Below, one piece after another: positions 26,366-35,449 of a stretch of 60,303 bases of DNA (positions are counted from its first letter, which is position 1; each line of letters begins with the position of its first letter). The stretch is from positions 3,923 through 64,225 of the forward strand of contig MFUM01000002.1 in the NCBI GenBank assembly GCA_001786955.1. The letters run 5' to 3'. The position numbers were made by a program, and so were the translations under genes. Origin of the DNA: Candidatus Nomurabacteria bacterium RIFCSPHIGHO2_12_FULL_42_19. Its GTDB lineage: Bacteria > Patescibacteriota > Minisyncoccia > Phycocordibacterales > UBA9973. The notes under the pieces were generated by a model, which saw only the letters and a list, made by a program, of their open reading frames with translations, searched no databases and was not told the origin of the DNA.

Positions 26366-27379
26366 ATGGGTATTTTTTCCAAAAAACTGGGCATAGATCT
26401 GGGCACCGCCAATACTCTGGTATTTTTACCGGGTAAAGGGGTGGTCCTGAATGAACCTTCGGTAGTGGCGGTTTCCGAGCAGGATAACAAGATTTTGGCA
26501 ATAGGTTTTGAGGCCAAAGATATGATTGGCAAAACCCCCGGCAATATTATTACTTACTGCCCAATGAAGGACGGAGTGATAGCGGACTATCGCGTGACCG
26601 AAGCGATGCTCCGTTATTTTATAAGCAAAGCGATGGGAAAATTCAACTTATTCAAGCCGGACGTGATGATTTCCGTGCCGGCCGGCGTCACGTCTACTGA
26701 AAGGCGGGCTGTCGTGGAAGCGGCCATCCGCGCCGGCGCCAGAAACGCGTATGTAGTCAAAGAACCGATTTTGGCGGCGATTGGCGCGGGCATTCCCATT
26801 CATGAATCGAAAGGTTATATGGTGGTTGATATCGGCGGAGGCACGACGGACGTGGCGGTCATATCTCTCGGCGGAATTGTAGCTTCCACTTCGGTGAAAT
26901 GCGCCGGGAACAAAATAGATCAGGCGATAGCCGATTATATTAAAAAAACTTTCAATTTGGCAATCGGCGATCGGACCGCCGAAGAAGTAAAAATCAAAAT
27001 CGGCGCGGCTGTGCTGCTGGAAGAAGAGCTTCGCGTGACAATCAAAGGCAGGGATTTTATCCAGGGATTGCCCCGAAGCGCCCAAGTGGGAACCAATGAA
27101 ATAGTCAAAGCGATAGATGCGGAATTGAGGCAAATCATCAAAGCAATCAAGAATGTCCTGCAGGAAACTCCTCCCGAGCTTGCTTCCGATATTATAGATC
27201 ACGGGATTATTATGACCGGCGGTTCGTCTCTATTGCGGAATTTTACCGACTTGGTTTATAGAAAAACGGGAGTCAGGGCAACTACGGCGGAAGATCCTCT
27301 TTTTTGCGTAGTTAAAGGCACGGGTATCGCTCTGGAGCACCTGGACGTTTATAAAAAAACAGTCCTAAGCAAAAAGTAG
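26366..27379 (+). CDS. mreB: Rod shape-determining protein MreB
   Basis: LGIDLGTANTLVF, DIGGGTTDVAVISLGG, GIIMTGGSS. Start refined from 26348 to ATG 26366. Confidence 0.93.
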   Translation: MGIFSKKLGIDLGTANTLVFLPGKGVVLNEPSVVAVSEQDNKILAIGFEAKDMIGKTPGNIITYCPMKDGVIADYRVTEAMLRYFISKAMGKFNLFKPDVMISVPAGVTSTERRAVVEAAIRAGARNAYVVKEPILAAIGAGIPIHESKGYMVVDIGGGTTDVAVISLGGIVASTSVKCAGNKIDQAIADYIKKTFNLAIGDRTAEEVKIKIGAAVLLEEELRVTIKGRDFIQGLPRSAQVGTNEIVKAIDAELRQIIKAIKNVLQETPPELASDIIDHGIIMTGGSSLLRNFTDLVYRKTGVRATTAEDPLFCVVKGTGIALEHLDVYKKTVLSKK

Positions 27380-27442
27380 AAAATTTTTAACAAGGACGAT
27401 CTTTGGGGAAATTTCTTAAGGACCGTCCTTAGGAAAAAATTT

Positions 27443-28207
27443 ATGATTTCACAACATTTAGACAAAAATAACCTGCATCATGCATATTTGATAGAAGGTG
27501 CGCGTGGCGAGATTGTTCCAGAAATCGTAAAATTCCTGAAAAGTTTGGGCATAAATACCGTTGGCAATCCTGATTTTTGCCATATCGTAATTGATAATTT
27601 TAAAATTGATGAGGCATTTGACCTGCGCGCCATGTCTTCAAATAAAAGTTTCTCTTCTGTTAAAAAAGTATTTGTAATTTGCGTCAATAGTTTTTCTCTG
27701 GATGCCCAGAATGTCCTGCTTAAGATGTTTGAGGAGCCGATACAAAATACTCATTTTTTCCTGATTGTTCCGGATGCCAATGCTCTTTTAAAAACTCTCG
27801 TTTCCAGATTTTATTTAATTAAGCCGAAAGCGGAAGCGGGCGATGAATTAGAAGCGAAAAAATTTCTTGCCATGCCTTTAAAAAACAGAATTGATTTTAT
27901 TAAAGAATTATTGATTGAACCGGAAGAAAAAGATGAAGAGGGGAATGAAATTATCGCTTTAGATTCCACTCGTTCTAAAGCATTAAAATTTTTAAATGCG
28001 TTGGAGGGTGCTTTACATCGCAAGTTCCTGAAAAATTCTGCCGGCTTTACCCTTCCCCTTCGGGGTGGGACTTACGCCGCTCAGAATTTTTCAGGAACTT
28101 GCTTTGAGCATTTCTTCAAAGTCCGAGAATTTCTGCGTATGCCCGGTTCGTCCACGAAAAGCCTGATGGAATCAGTGGCATTAATTATACCTATTTTTAA
28201 AAATTAA
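27443..28207 (+). CDS. holB: DNA polymerase III delta'-like clamp-loader subunit, carrying an in-frame repeat insert
   Basis: LHHAYLIEG, KVFVI, LLKMFEEP, TLVSRF (SRC-like motif). Confidence 0.65.
   Translation: MISQHLDKNNLHHAYLIEGARGEIVPEIVKFLKSLGINTVGNPDFCHIVIDNFKIDEAFDLRAMSSNKSFSSVKKVFVICVNSFSLDAQNVLLKMFEEPIQNTHFFLIVPDANALLKTLVSRFYLIKPKAEAGDELEAKKFLAMPLKNRIDFIKELLIEPEEKDEEGNEIIALDSTRSKALKFLNALEGALHRKFLKNSAGFTLPLRGGTYAAQNFSGTCFEHFFKVREFLRMPGSSTKSLMESVALIIPIFKN
28021..28101. repeat. Repeat family C copy 2 (81-nt element with perfect 20-bp TIRs inside holB)
   Basis: CAAGTTCCTGAAAAATTCTG ... CAGAATTTTTCAGGAACTTG. The core is the reverse complement of the core at 10835..10876. Confidence 0.9.
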
Positions 28208-28211
28208 TTTT

Positions 28212-28220
28212 TGCTATACT
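28212..28220 (+). promoter_or_regulatory. Extended -10 (TGcTATACT) 6 nt upstream of the frr ATG
   Basis: TGCTATACT, then agagtt, then ATG 28227. Confidence 0.55.
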
Positions 28221-28226
28221 AGAGTT

Positions 28227-28778
28227 ATGCAATATAATTTTTCTAATTTTAAGAACGAGCTTAGGAAGGTGGAAGAATTTTTGGGCAAAGAATACAATCA
28301 GCTGAATATCGGGCGGGCATCGCCGATGGTGCTGGACGGCGTTTCGGTGGAATCATACGGTTCTTTTGTTCCGCTGAAGAATGTGGCTTCTGTGTCTATT
28401 GAAGATCCAAAGACTCTCCGAATAGCTCCTTGGGATAAAAGTCAGATAAAAAACATCGAAAAAGCTATTGCCGGGGCGAATTTGGGATTATCCGCCGCAA
28501 CTGACGATTTGGGCATAAGAGTTATTTTTCCGCAATTAACTACCGAAACGAGGCAGACTCTGGTAAAAGTCCTGAAAGAAAAATTGGAAGAAAGCAGAAT
28601 TACCGTGCGTCGTGAGCGCGAAAAACTTTTGGAAGATATAGAAACAAAAGAAACAGAAGGCAAAATGACCGAAGATGAAAGATTCAGGGCCAAAGAAGAA
28701 TTGCAGAAAATTATTAATGAAACCAACGGCAGCCTAGAAGTGATTTTTGAGAAAAAAGAGAAAGAAGTAATGGGATAA
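28227..28778 (+). CDS. frr: Ribosome recycling factor
   Basis: LNIGRASPMVLD, IRVIFPQLTTETR, VRRERE. Confidence 0.93.
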   Translation: MQYNFSNFKNELRKVEEFLGKEYNQLNIGRASPMVLDGVSVESYGSFVPLKNVASVSIEDPKTLRIAPWDKSQIKNIEKAIAGANLGLSAATDDLGIRVIFPQLTTETRQTLVKVLKEKLEESRITVRREREKLLEDIETKETEGKMTEDERFRAKEELQKIINETNGSLEVIFEKKEKEVMG

Positions 28779-28787
28779 GAAATAAAT

Positions 28788-29909
28788 ATGAGCGTCGTTA
28801 TTTTTATTGTAATTTTATTGGTTCTAGTCCTGGTCCATGAATTTGGGCATTTTTTTACCGCGAAAAGATTTGGCATCCGGGTGGATGAATTTGGTTTTGG
28901 TTTTCCGCCCAAATTATTCGGTTTTAAAAAAGGGGAGACGGAATATAGTTTTAATTTATTGCCTTTGGGGGGGTTTGTGAAAATTTTTGGAGAGAATTTT
29001 GAAGAGGCTGATTTTTTGGAAGTCGGATTCTTGGACAGGGAAAAGACTCCTGAACAAATTGAATTATCGAAAAGGAGTCTGGTCAATAAACCGAAATGGC
29101 AGCAAGCCTTGGTGCTTTTCGCCGGAGTTTTCGCTAATTTTCTATTAGCCTGGCTTCTTTTTTCCGTTGGTTTTATGTCCGGATTTCCTACTTCAGTCGG
29201 TAGCGAGATGGCCGGCTATAAGCTTCAAGATGTGAATCTGGTGCTTGTTTCTGTCGTGCCGGATTCTCCCGCATATATAGGGGGATTGAAATCTGGAGAC
29301 AGGATAGTTAATTTAGGGAGTGGTAAAGAAATATTATCGGAGATAAATCCTGAAAGTTTGAAATCTTTTGTAGTTTCTCACGCCGATAATGAAATTACGG
29401 TTGGGTATATCCATGGCAAAGGGCGGGAAGTAAATTTCACAAAAATAACTCCCAAAAATAATTCAATAGGCATATCCATGGACATGATAGGAACGGCTAA
29501 ATTACCTTTTTTTACCGCATTTTTAGAGGGAATGAGACTGACTTGGTTTGTGGCCAAAGGTACCGCTGTGGGGCTTTATACGCTTATTATAGACAGCATA
29601 CAGGGCAAAGGCAGCTTCACTTCTGTCGCGGGCCCCATTGGCATGGTGGGTATCGTCGGAGATGCCTATGAGTTTGGCTTTGTCTATCTTCTGTCTTTTG
29701 CCGCGCTTATTTCAATTAATCTGGCAATAATAAATTTAATTCCATTTCCCGCGCTTGACGGCGGACGGCTGCTCTTTTTATTGATTGAAAAAATAAAAGG
29801 CTCGCGCATGAATCCGAAGGTCGCTAATACCGCCAATATGGTCGGCTTCAGCCTTTTGATTTTTTTTATGCTCGTCATAACTTATCATGATGTAATCAAA
29901 TTACTCTAA
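28788..29909 (+). CDS. rseP: RIP metalloprotease RseP (M50 site-2 protease with PDZ)
   Basis: HEFGHF, PDZ (GLKSGDRIV), NLIPFPALDGG. Confidence 0.9.
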   Translation: MSVVIFIVILLVLVLVHEFGHFFTAKRFGIRVDEFGFGFPPKLFGFKKGETEYSFNLLPLGGFVKIFGENFEEADFLEVGFLDREKTPEQIELSKRSLVNKPKWQQALVLFAGVFANFLLAWLLFSVGFMSGFPTSVGSEMAGYKLQDVNLVLVSVVPDSPAYIGGLKSGDRIVNLGSGKEILSEINPESLKSFVVSHADNEITVGYIHGKGREVNFTKITPKNNSIGISMDMIGTAKLPFFTAFLEGMRLTWFVAKGTAVGLYTLIIDSIQGKGSFTSVAGPIGMVGIVGDAYEFGFVYLLSFAALISINLAIINLIPFPALDGGRLLFLLIEKIKGSRMNPKVANTANMVGFSLLIFFMLVITYHDVIKLL

Positions 29910-29911
29910 AT

Positions 29912-30658
29912 ATGGGAAAAATAAAATTAATTCACGAAGTTCGAGCCGTTAAGAATAAAAGACAGCTTGCAGATATAATTAAGGCGCAAAGAATAAGTGA
30001 GAAAGTGCTCCAAAATATCGTGGCAAAATTACAGACAGGGATTAGAGAAATTGAAATTGCCAATTTTATTAAAAAATCTTTTGTCCGATATGGCGCGCCG
30101 GTATTGTCATTTCCGCCGATAGTCGCTTTCGGCAAGAATACAGCCAATATTCATCATGAACCCGGTAAAACAAAGCTCAAAAAAGGTGATATCGTGATGT
30201 TTGATTTTGGCTGCGCGGTCAATCATTACTGCTCCGATATGACCCGCACTTATTTCTGGGGTGAACCGACGACAAAACAGAAAAAAGTTTATAATGATGT
30301 TTTACGGGCGATGAAACTTGCTATAAATAAAATAAAAAAAGGTGAACGAAAGGCAAATGTTATTGATAAATCGGCACGGAATTTTTTAGGTAAAAAATAT
30401 AAAAATAATTTTAAACACGGGTTGGGACATGGCGTCGGCACCGTTATTCACGAGTGGCCAAATTTCAAGCCCAAAAGCGAAGACATTATTCCTGCTGGAT
30501 GCGTGATGACTATAGAGCCCGGGCTCTATTTCAAAGGCAAAAGAAACACACAGGGCGGGGTGCGCATAGAAGATATGGTTTTAATCACTAAAAATGGTTG
30601 TGTTAATCTAACCAAAGTTTCTAAAGACTTAAAAAACGCTATATTAAGACCTGAGTAA
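29912..30658 (+). CDS. M24 family metallopeptidase (catalytic pita-bread domain only)
   Basis: DFGC..NHYCSDMTRT, HGLGHGVG..IHE, TIEPGLY, RIEDMV. Confidence 0.8.
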   Translation: MGKIKLIHEVRAVKNKRQLADIIKAQRISEKVLQNIVAKLQTGIREIEIANFIKKSFVRYGAPVLSFPPIVAFGKNTANIHHEPGKTKLKKGDIVMFDFGCAVNHYCSDMTRTYFWGEPTTKQKKVYNDVLRAMKLAINKIKKGERKANVIDKSARNFLGKKYKNNFKHGLGHGVGTVIHEWPNFKPKSEDIIPAGCVMTIEPGLYFKGKRNTQGGVRIEDMVLITKNGCVNLTKVSKDLKNAILRPE

Positions 30659-30755
30659 ATTTTTGCAAATAATTTAAGGTTATCCCCACTTTTTTTTGAC
30701 TTTCTAACTATATCCTTATAATATAAAGGTGTGTTAAGAATAATTTTCTGTAAAA

Positions 30756-33161
30756 ATGATTAAAAATAATCAAAAAATTAGCGTGGCAATATTGTGCGGC
30801 GGTCCCTCGCTAGAGCGGGGAATTTCACTCAACTCCGCGCGTAGCGTGATGGACCATCTGGGCAGCCTGGGCGTTAATATCGTGCCTATTTATTTCAATG
30901 AACAGAAAAAACCTTATAAAATATCCACTGCGCAACTTTATTCCAACACTCCGAGCGATTTTGATTTCAAATTAAAAAAAACAGGCAAAGAACTTACAGA
31001 ATCAAATCTCATTAATATCTTAAGAGGCGTTAGCATTGTTTTCCCCTGCATTCATGGAACATTTGGTGAAGATGGCGAAATTCAGAATCTTCTCGAAAAA
31101 TATAACATTCCTTTTATCGGTTCTGCGTCTAAATCATGCAAAATGGCTTTTGATAAGCATAAAGCCAATGAGTATATCCGTTCATTGGGATTTTATGCTC
31201 CAAATTCCATTGTTTTAAAAATTACCGATAGTAAGAAAACTATTACTCAAAAAATAAATAAATTTTGGAAAGGGGAAAAAATCAAGAGAGCGATAGTCAA
31301 GCCGGCCTCCGGTGGTTCCAGTATCGGAGTTTTTTCCGTGGAAAAGACAAAAGATGCTATTAAGAGCGTTGAGATATTGTTTAGCAAGAGAATGGACACA
31401 CGCGTGGTAATGGAACGTTTTGCGGAAGGCAAGGAATTCACGGTTATCATTTTGCAAAATAGATTTAATATGCCGGTTGCTATTTTGCCTACCGAGATAG
31501 AAGTGGAATATGACAAAAACCAATTTTTTGATTTCCGAAAGAAATATTTGCCGACACGTCAAGTAGCCTATCATTGTCCGCCGAGATTTTCCAATGAAAT
31601 AATTGAAAAAATCCAGATTGAGTCCGAACAATTGTTTTCTCTTTTCGGCATGCGGGATTTTGCCCGCTTTGACGGCTTTTTGATGCCGGATGGGAATATT
31701 TGGTTTTCGGATTTTAACCCGATTTCCGGCATGGAGCAAAATAGTTTTCTTTTCCAACAATCTTCCCGAATTGGTTTTTCTCACCAAGACCTTCTCCGTT
31801 ATATTGTAAATAATGCATTTTTACGCCGTAGTATGAATAAAGAGATTGAAAATCCACTGGCCGATAAAAAAAGAAAACCATTAGCCGTTCTTTTTGGAGG
31901 AGAAACAGCCGAAAAGCCGACTTCATTAATGAGCGGGACAAATGTCTGGCTTAAATTGCGCGGCTCCGAAATTTATAAGCCGTATCCGTATTTACTCGGT
32001 CAAGATAAAGAAGTTTGGAAACTACCTTATTCTTATATTTTAAATCATACAGTAGAGGAAATCATAAAAAACGCGATGAAGGCGAAAAAAGATTCCGTCC
32101 GGCTGGCTTTTCTGGTGGGAAAAGTTAAATTAAGGCTTGCTTTAGAAAAGGGAGACGCAACCGAAGAATTTTTTATGCCGAAAAAGCTTTATTTAAATGA
32201 TTTAATAAAAGAACACCCATTCATTTTTTTAGGTTTGCATGGCGGCATCGGCGAGAATGGCACGATTCAAAAAATATTATCTGATAAAAAAATTAAATAT
32301 AATGGTTCCGATAGCAATGTTTCTAAATTATGCATGGATAAATGGAGAACCAGCGAGATTATAAAAAATGCAGATATTATCGGCGTGTCTGTGGCTCCGC
32401 ACATTCTTTTATCCGTCAAGGATTTTTCAAAGAATTTGAATGATAAGTTTATAGGTGAATATTGGAATATGCTCTTGAAAAAATTAGGCTCACGGACGAT
32501 TATTGCAAAACCGAGAGGGGACGGATGTTCAGCTGGTGTCGTCCGGCTTTTTAATGAAAAAAACCTGTCTATCTATATTTCTTTGATTAAAAATGGAATT
32601 TTTGTCGCCAAGGCGGGAACTTTTACCAATCAGGCAGGCATTATACATATGCCGGAATGCCTGACAGATATAATTTTTGAATCTTTTATAGAAACAGATA
32701 AATTAAAAACTTCCGGCGGAGAAATTTCTTATACCCGCAAAAGTGGATATATAGAAATGACTGTGGGAGTTGTAGAAAAAAAATATAACGGCAAGACGAA
32801 AATTAAAGCACTTTCACCGTCCATTACTGTTGCTGAGCAGTCCATACTGAGTGTTGAGGAAAAGTTTCAAGGCGGGACAGGTATCAATATCACGCCTCCG
32901 CCAAAAGATATTATTTCCGCAAAAAACCTCAAAAAAGTTAAAAGCTTAATTGAAAAAGTCGCGGAAATTATCGGCATTCGCGGTTACGCCCGCATAGACA
33001 TTTTTGTGGAAGTCAAAACAGGGAACATTATAGTAATAGAAATTAATACTCTCCCGGGCCTGACCCCTTCTACTGTAATTTTTCACCAGGCATTGGCTGA
33101 AAATCCGCCGATTTATCCGCTGGAATTACTAGAAAAAATTATTAAAAATAACGGGTATTAA
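30756..33161 (+). CDS. ddl: Tandem double D-alanine--D-alanine ligase-family (ATP-grasp) protein, 801 aa
   Basis: First unit: VAILCGGPSLERGISLNSA, IHGTFGEDGEIQ. Second unit: AVLFGGETAEKPTSLMSG, LHGGIGENGTIQ, ARIDIFV..IEINTLPGLT. Confidence 0.8.
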   Translation: MIKNNQKISVAILCGGPSLERGISLNSARSVMDHLGSLGVNIVPIYFNEQKKPYKISTAQLYSNTPSDFDFKLKKTGKELTESNLINILRGVSIVFPCIHGTFGEDGEIQNLLEKYNIPFIGSASKSCKMAFDKHKANEYIRSLGFYAPNSIVLKITDSKKTITQKINKFWKGEKIKRAIVKPASGGSSIGVFSVEKTKDAIKSVEILFSKRMDTRVVMERFAEGKEFTVIILQNRFNMPVAILPTEIEVEYDKNQFFDFRKKYLPTRQVAYHCPPRFSNEIIEKIQIESEQLFSLFGMRDFARFDGFLMPDGNIWFSDFNPISGMEQNSFLFQQSSRIGFSHQDLLRYIVNNAFLRRSMNKEIENPLADKKRKPLAVLFGGETAEKPTSLMSGTNVWLKLRGSEIYKPYPYLLGQDKEVWKLPYSYILNHTVEEIIKNAMKAKKDSVRLAFLVGKVKLRLALEKGDATEEFFMPKKLYLNDLIKEHPFIFLGLHGGIGENGTIQKILSDKKIKYNGSDSNVSKLCMDKWRTSEIIKNADIIGVSVAPHILLSVKDFSKNLNDKFIGEYWNMLLKKLGSRTIIAKPRGDGCSAGVVRLFNEKNLSIYISLIKNGIFVAKAGTFTNQAGIIHMPECLTDIIFESFIETDKLKTSGGEISYTRKSGYIEMTVGVVEKKYNGKTKIKALSPSITVAEQSILSVEEKFQGGTGINITPPPKDIISAKNLKKVKSLIEKVAEIIGIRGYARIDIFVEVKTGNIIVIEINTLPGLTPSTVIFHQALAENPPIYPLELLEKIIKNNGY

Positions 33162-33196
33162 TTGCTTTTTTAAGCCTTTTGTATTAATCTATATAC

Positions 33197-33355
33197 ATGT
33201 CACAAGATAGACTTATAAAACTTGCCTGCGGAACCTGCAAACGGATAAATTACTGGTCTAGTAAAAACAAGAAACTGGTTACCAAGAAAATAGAACTCAA
33301 AAAATTCTGCAAATGGTGCCGAAAGCAGACCAAGCATAAGGAAATTAAAAAATAG
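33197..33355 (+). CDS. rpmG: 50S ribosomal protein L33 (52 aa; below the ORF-track cutoff)
   Basis: Manual translation MSQDRLIKLACGTCKRINYWSSKNKKLVTKKIELKKFCKWCRKQTKHKEIKK, with the CxxC...CxxC L33 pattern. Confidence 0.85.
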   Translation: MSQDRLIKLACGTCKRINYWSSKNKKLVTKKIELKKFCKWCRKQTKHKEIKK

Positions 33356-33411
33356 AAATTAGTTTCTAGTTTCTAGGTTCTAGTGTATAATCAACTCGTT
33401 ATTTAAAATAC

Positions 33412-33482
33412 GGGCGATTAGTTAAGTGGCATAACTTCGGTCTCCAAAACCGATGTCGGGGGTCCGATTCCCTCATCGCCCG
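33412..33482 (+). tRNA. tRNA-Trp (anticodon CCA)
   Basis: Acceptor GGGCGAT/ATCGCCC, anticodon stem TCGGT/ACCGA with loop CTCCAAA, T-arm GGGGG-TCCGATT-CCCTC. Confidence 0.85.
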
Positions 33483-33565
33483 CACTTAAAATTATACAAA
33501 CCAATCCTTTAATAATCTTTGGTTCCCTTTCTTTTTAATGAAAAAGTAGTATACTTACAAATATT

Positions 33566-34267
33566 ATGGGTATATTTATATTTTTTGGTGCAATAGCTTG
33601 TTTTGTTTTTGTATACTTTAAATTTCTATACTCTAAAATCAATCCATATATTACTTGGGGAGGGATCGTTGGTTTGATATTATTGTTTAGTGCTTTTTCG
33701 TTTGCCTGGATTAGCGCCATAGAAGAAAAACTCAGGTTAGATAAAATGACATTTGAAAACTTCCAATCTTGTTCATTGTGTGAACAAAATGAAGATAGTT
33801 TATTTAGTTGTGGAATGAAAAATGTATGCTCTGGCGCTAATCCTTTAGAGTGTTTTAGGGAGTTTGATAGGCAAAGTGAAGAATTATTAGAAATAAATGA
33901 GCAGAGTTTAAAAGCTGCCGGACTTTCAGATAGTGAGATTATTCAACAAAAAGAAAAAATTATCCGTAACAGAAAAATCGAATATACTGCTAGAATTTGC
34001 GGATTTAAATCTCCTGAATATCATTATGAAGAAAATTCACTAGTTTTAAGTACTGAGCCTAAAATAAAATACACACCGAACTTTTTTAGCGTATTTGTAC
34101 AGGACTACACTTTATCAAGGGGAATTGATATATTTTTTGCCTTAGCCTATTTTCCACCCCTACTTATCGTTGTAGTACTTCTTCCTATTGAGGGCGCATT
34201 CATCGGTTGGATAATAAGTAAAATGATAAGGAGAAAAAATAGTTTTAGATCTCAAGATCTAAAGTAG
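33566..34267 (+). CDS. Hypothetical membrane protein (233 aa) with a Cys-rich central segment
   Basis: Two N-terminal and one or two C-terminal TM helices; no recognisable domain. Confidence 0.55.
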   Translation: MGIFIFFGAIACFVFVYFKFLYSKINPYITWGGIVGLILLFSAFSFAWISAIEEKLRLDKMTFENFQSCSLCEQNEDSLFSCGMKNVCSGANPLECFREFDRQSEELLEINEQSLKAAGLSDSEIIQQKEKIIRNRKIEYTARICGFKSPEYHYEENSLVLSTEPKIKYTPNFFSVFVQDYTLSRGIDIFFALAYFPPLLIVVVLLPIEGAFIGWIISKMIRRKNSFRSQDLK

Positions 34268-34421
34268 CTGTTATTTTTTAAGACCTTATATTTATTAGTT
34301 TAATTTACAAGATCAAAACCCTGGAAAACACTATTCCACTTAAGAATCATTGTTTGTATAGTGTTTCAGTCCAGGATTTGAAAGTCCGCATATATTACAT
34401 CTTTAATTTATTACTAATAAA

Positions 34422-34430
34422 TGATATAAT
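34422..34430 (+). promoter_or_regulatory. Extended -10 (TGaTATAAT) 6 nt upstream of ATG 34437
   Basis: TGATATAAT, then aaaaac, then ATG. Confidence 0.55.
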
Positions 34431-34436
34431 AAAAAC

Positions 34437-34838
34437 ATGGGTGTTGAAGATTTTAAACTTACACCAATAAAAACAGATGCAGGACAAAAGATTTCTGCCT
34501 TACCGCAGCGCGGCGCGGAGACGCTGGCGCCGGAACTTCCTGAGTTTATGAAAAATCCTTTCTATCAAAGATTTCGCGAGGTTATGGCTCAGGCAGGTTC
34601 AAATCCGGTACTTTTAGGCAGGACCGTAAGAGAGAAATTTACCAATCCAGCTGAATGGTCAGAAGCACATACATTTGTTCAAACCGTGATATCGGAGCTA
34701 GAAAAATACAAAACTTCTGAAGTATATATGGCAAGACAGACTGGTCCAGCGATTATTCCACTCGATCAAGCTGCAAACAAAATTGAGGAACTTAAAAGAA
34801 TAGAAAGAAGTCTAGGTAGTTTATTGTCCGGAAATTAG
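34437..34838 (+). CDS. Hypothetical soluble protein (133 aa)
   Basis: Clean ORF with a leaderless-type promoter; abuts the next ORF (TAG followed directly by ATG). Confidence 0.55.
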   Translation: MGVEDFKLTPIKTDAGQKISALPQRGAETLAPELPEFMKNPFYQRFREVMAQAGSNPVLLGRTVREKFTNPAEWSEAHTFVQTVISELEKYKTSEVYMARQTGPAIIPLDQAANKIEELKRIERSLGSLLSGN

Positions 34839-35111
34839 ATGGAAGAAAGAGTCAAAAACCTCGAAAAAGAAATTAAACTCATAAAGGAGAGGAATTTGAG
34901 AGTGGAAGCGGATAAGGCCTGGGAGACAAGCTATTTCAGAATATTTTTGATTTCGGCGGTTATTTATGTGTTGGCAGTTTTTGTTTTATATTTTATTGGT
35001 TCAGGAAATTATTTCTTAAATGCCCTTGTGCCGGCTATCGGTTATTTTCTTTCCGTGCAATCTTTACCGTTTATCAAAAAATGGTGGATTAAATCTTTTA
35101 ATAAAAACTAA
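34839..35111 (+). CDS. Hypothetical small membrane protein (coiled coil plus 2 TM)
   Basis: ORF contiguous with the previous gene. Confidence 0.5.
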   Translation: MEERVKNLEKEIKLIKERNLRVEADKAWETSYFRIFLISAVIYVLAVFVLYFIGSGNYFLNALVPAIGYFLSVQSLPFIKKWWIKSFNKN

Positions 35112-35449
35112 TTATCTTTCTCAAATATTTGCAGGACCCAGCTTACGATTGCCAGCACGATGCCGAATAGGAATGCCGACCAGAAACTATCTACTATAAA
35201 ACCGGGCACAATGTAGCTCGCGAGAAGGACAAGAAGCGCGTTAATAACTAAAACAAAAAGCCCAAGCGTCATAATGGTAAGAGGCAAAGTCAGAAATATG
35301 AGTATCGGGCGCAAAATGGCGTTAATGGCGCCCAAGACCACTGCCAGAACCAGCGCCGCGAACAGGCCGCTCACATGCACTCCGGGCAAAAGATAAGCGG
35401 TTATTAATATGGCGAGAGCCGAAACAACAAAATGTATTATTGTTTTCAT
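35108..35449 (-). CDS. Phage-holin-IV/DUF360 (YvlD-like) family membrane protein
   Basis: ILITAYLLPGV.V....AL.LA.VLG..NA.LRP...LTLP.T..TLGLF..V.NA. Confidence 0.75.
   Translation of the reverse strand: MKTIIHFVVSALAILITAYLLPGVHVSGLFAALVLAVVLGAINAILRPILIFLTLPLTIMTLGLFVLVINALLVLLASYIVPGFIVDSFWSAFLFGIVLAIVSWVLQIFEKDN

Noticed and set aside
33412-33482. Possibility of UGA recoding, as in some candidate phyla
   Set aside because: tRNA-Trp has anticodon CCA, and TGA cleanly terminates conserved genes (for example gatB at 8366..8368 and the EEP gene). The code appears standard.
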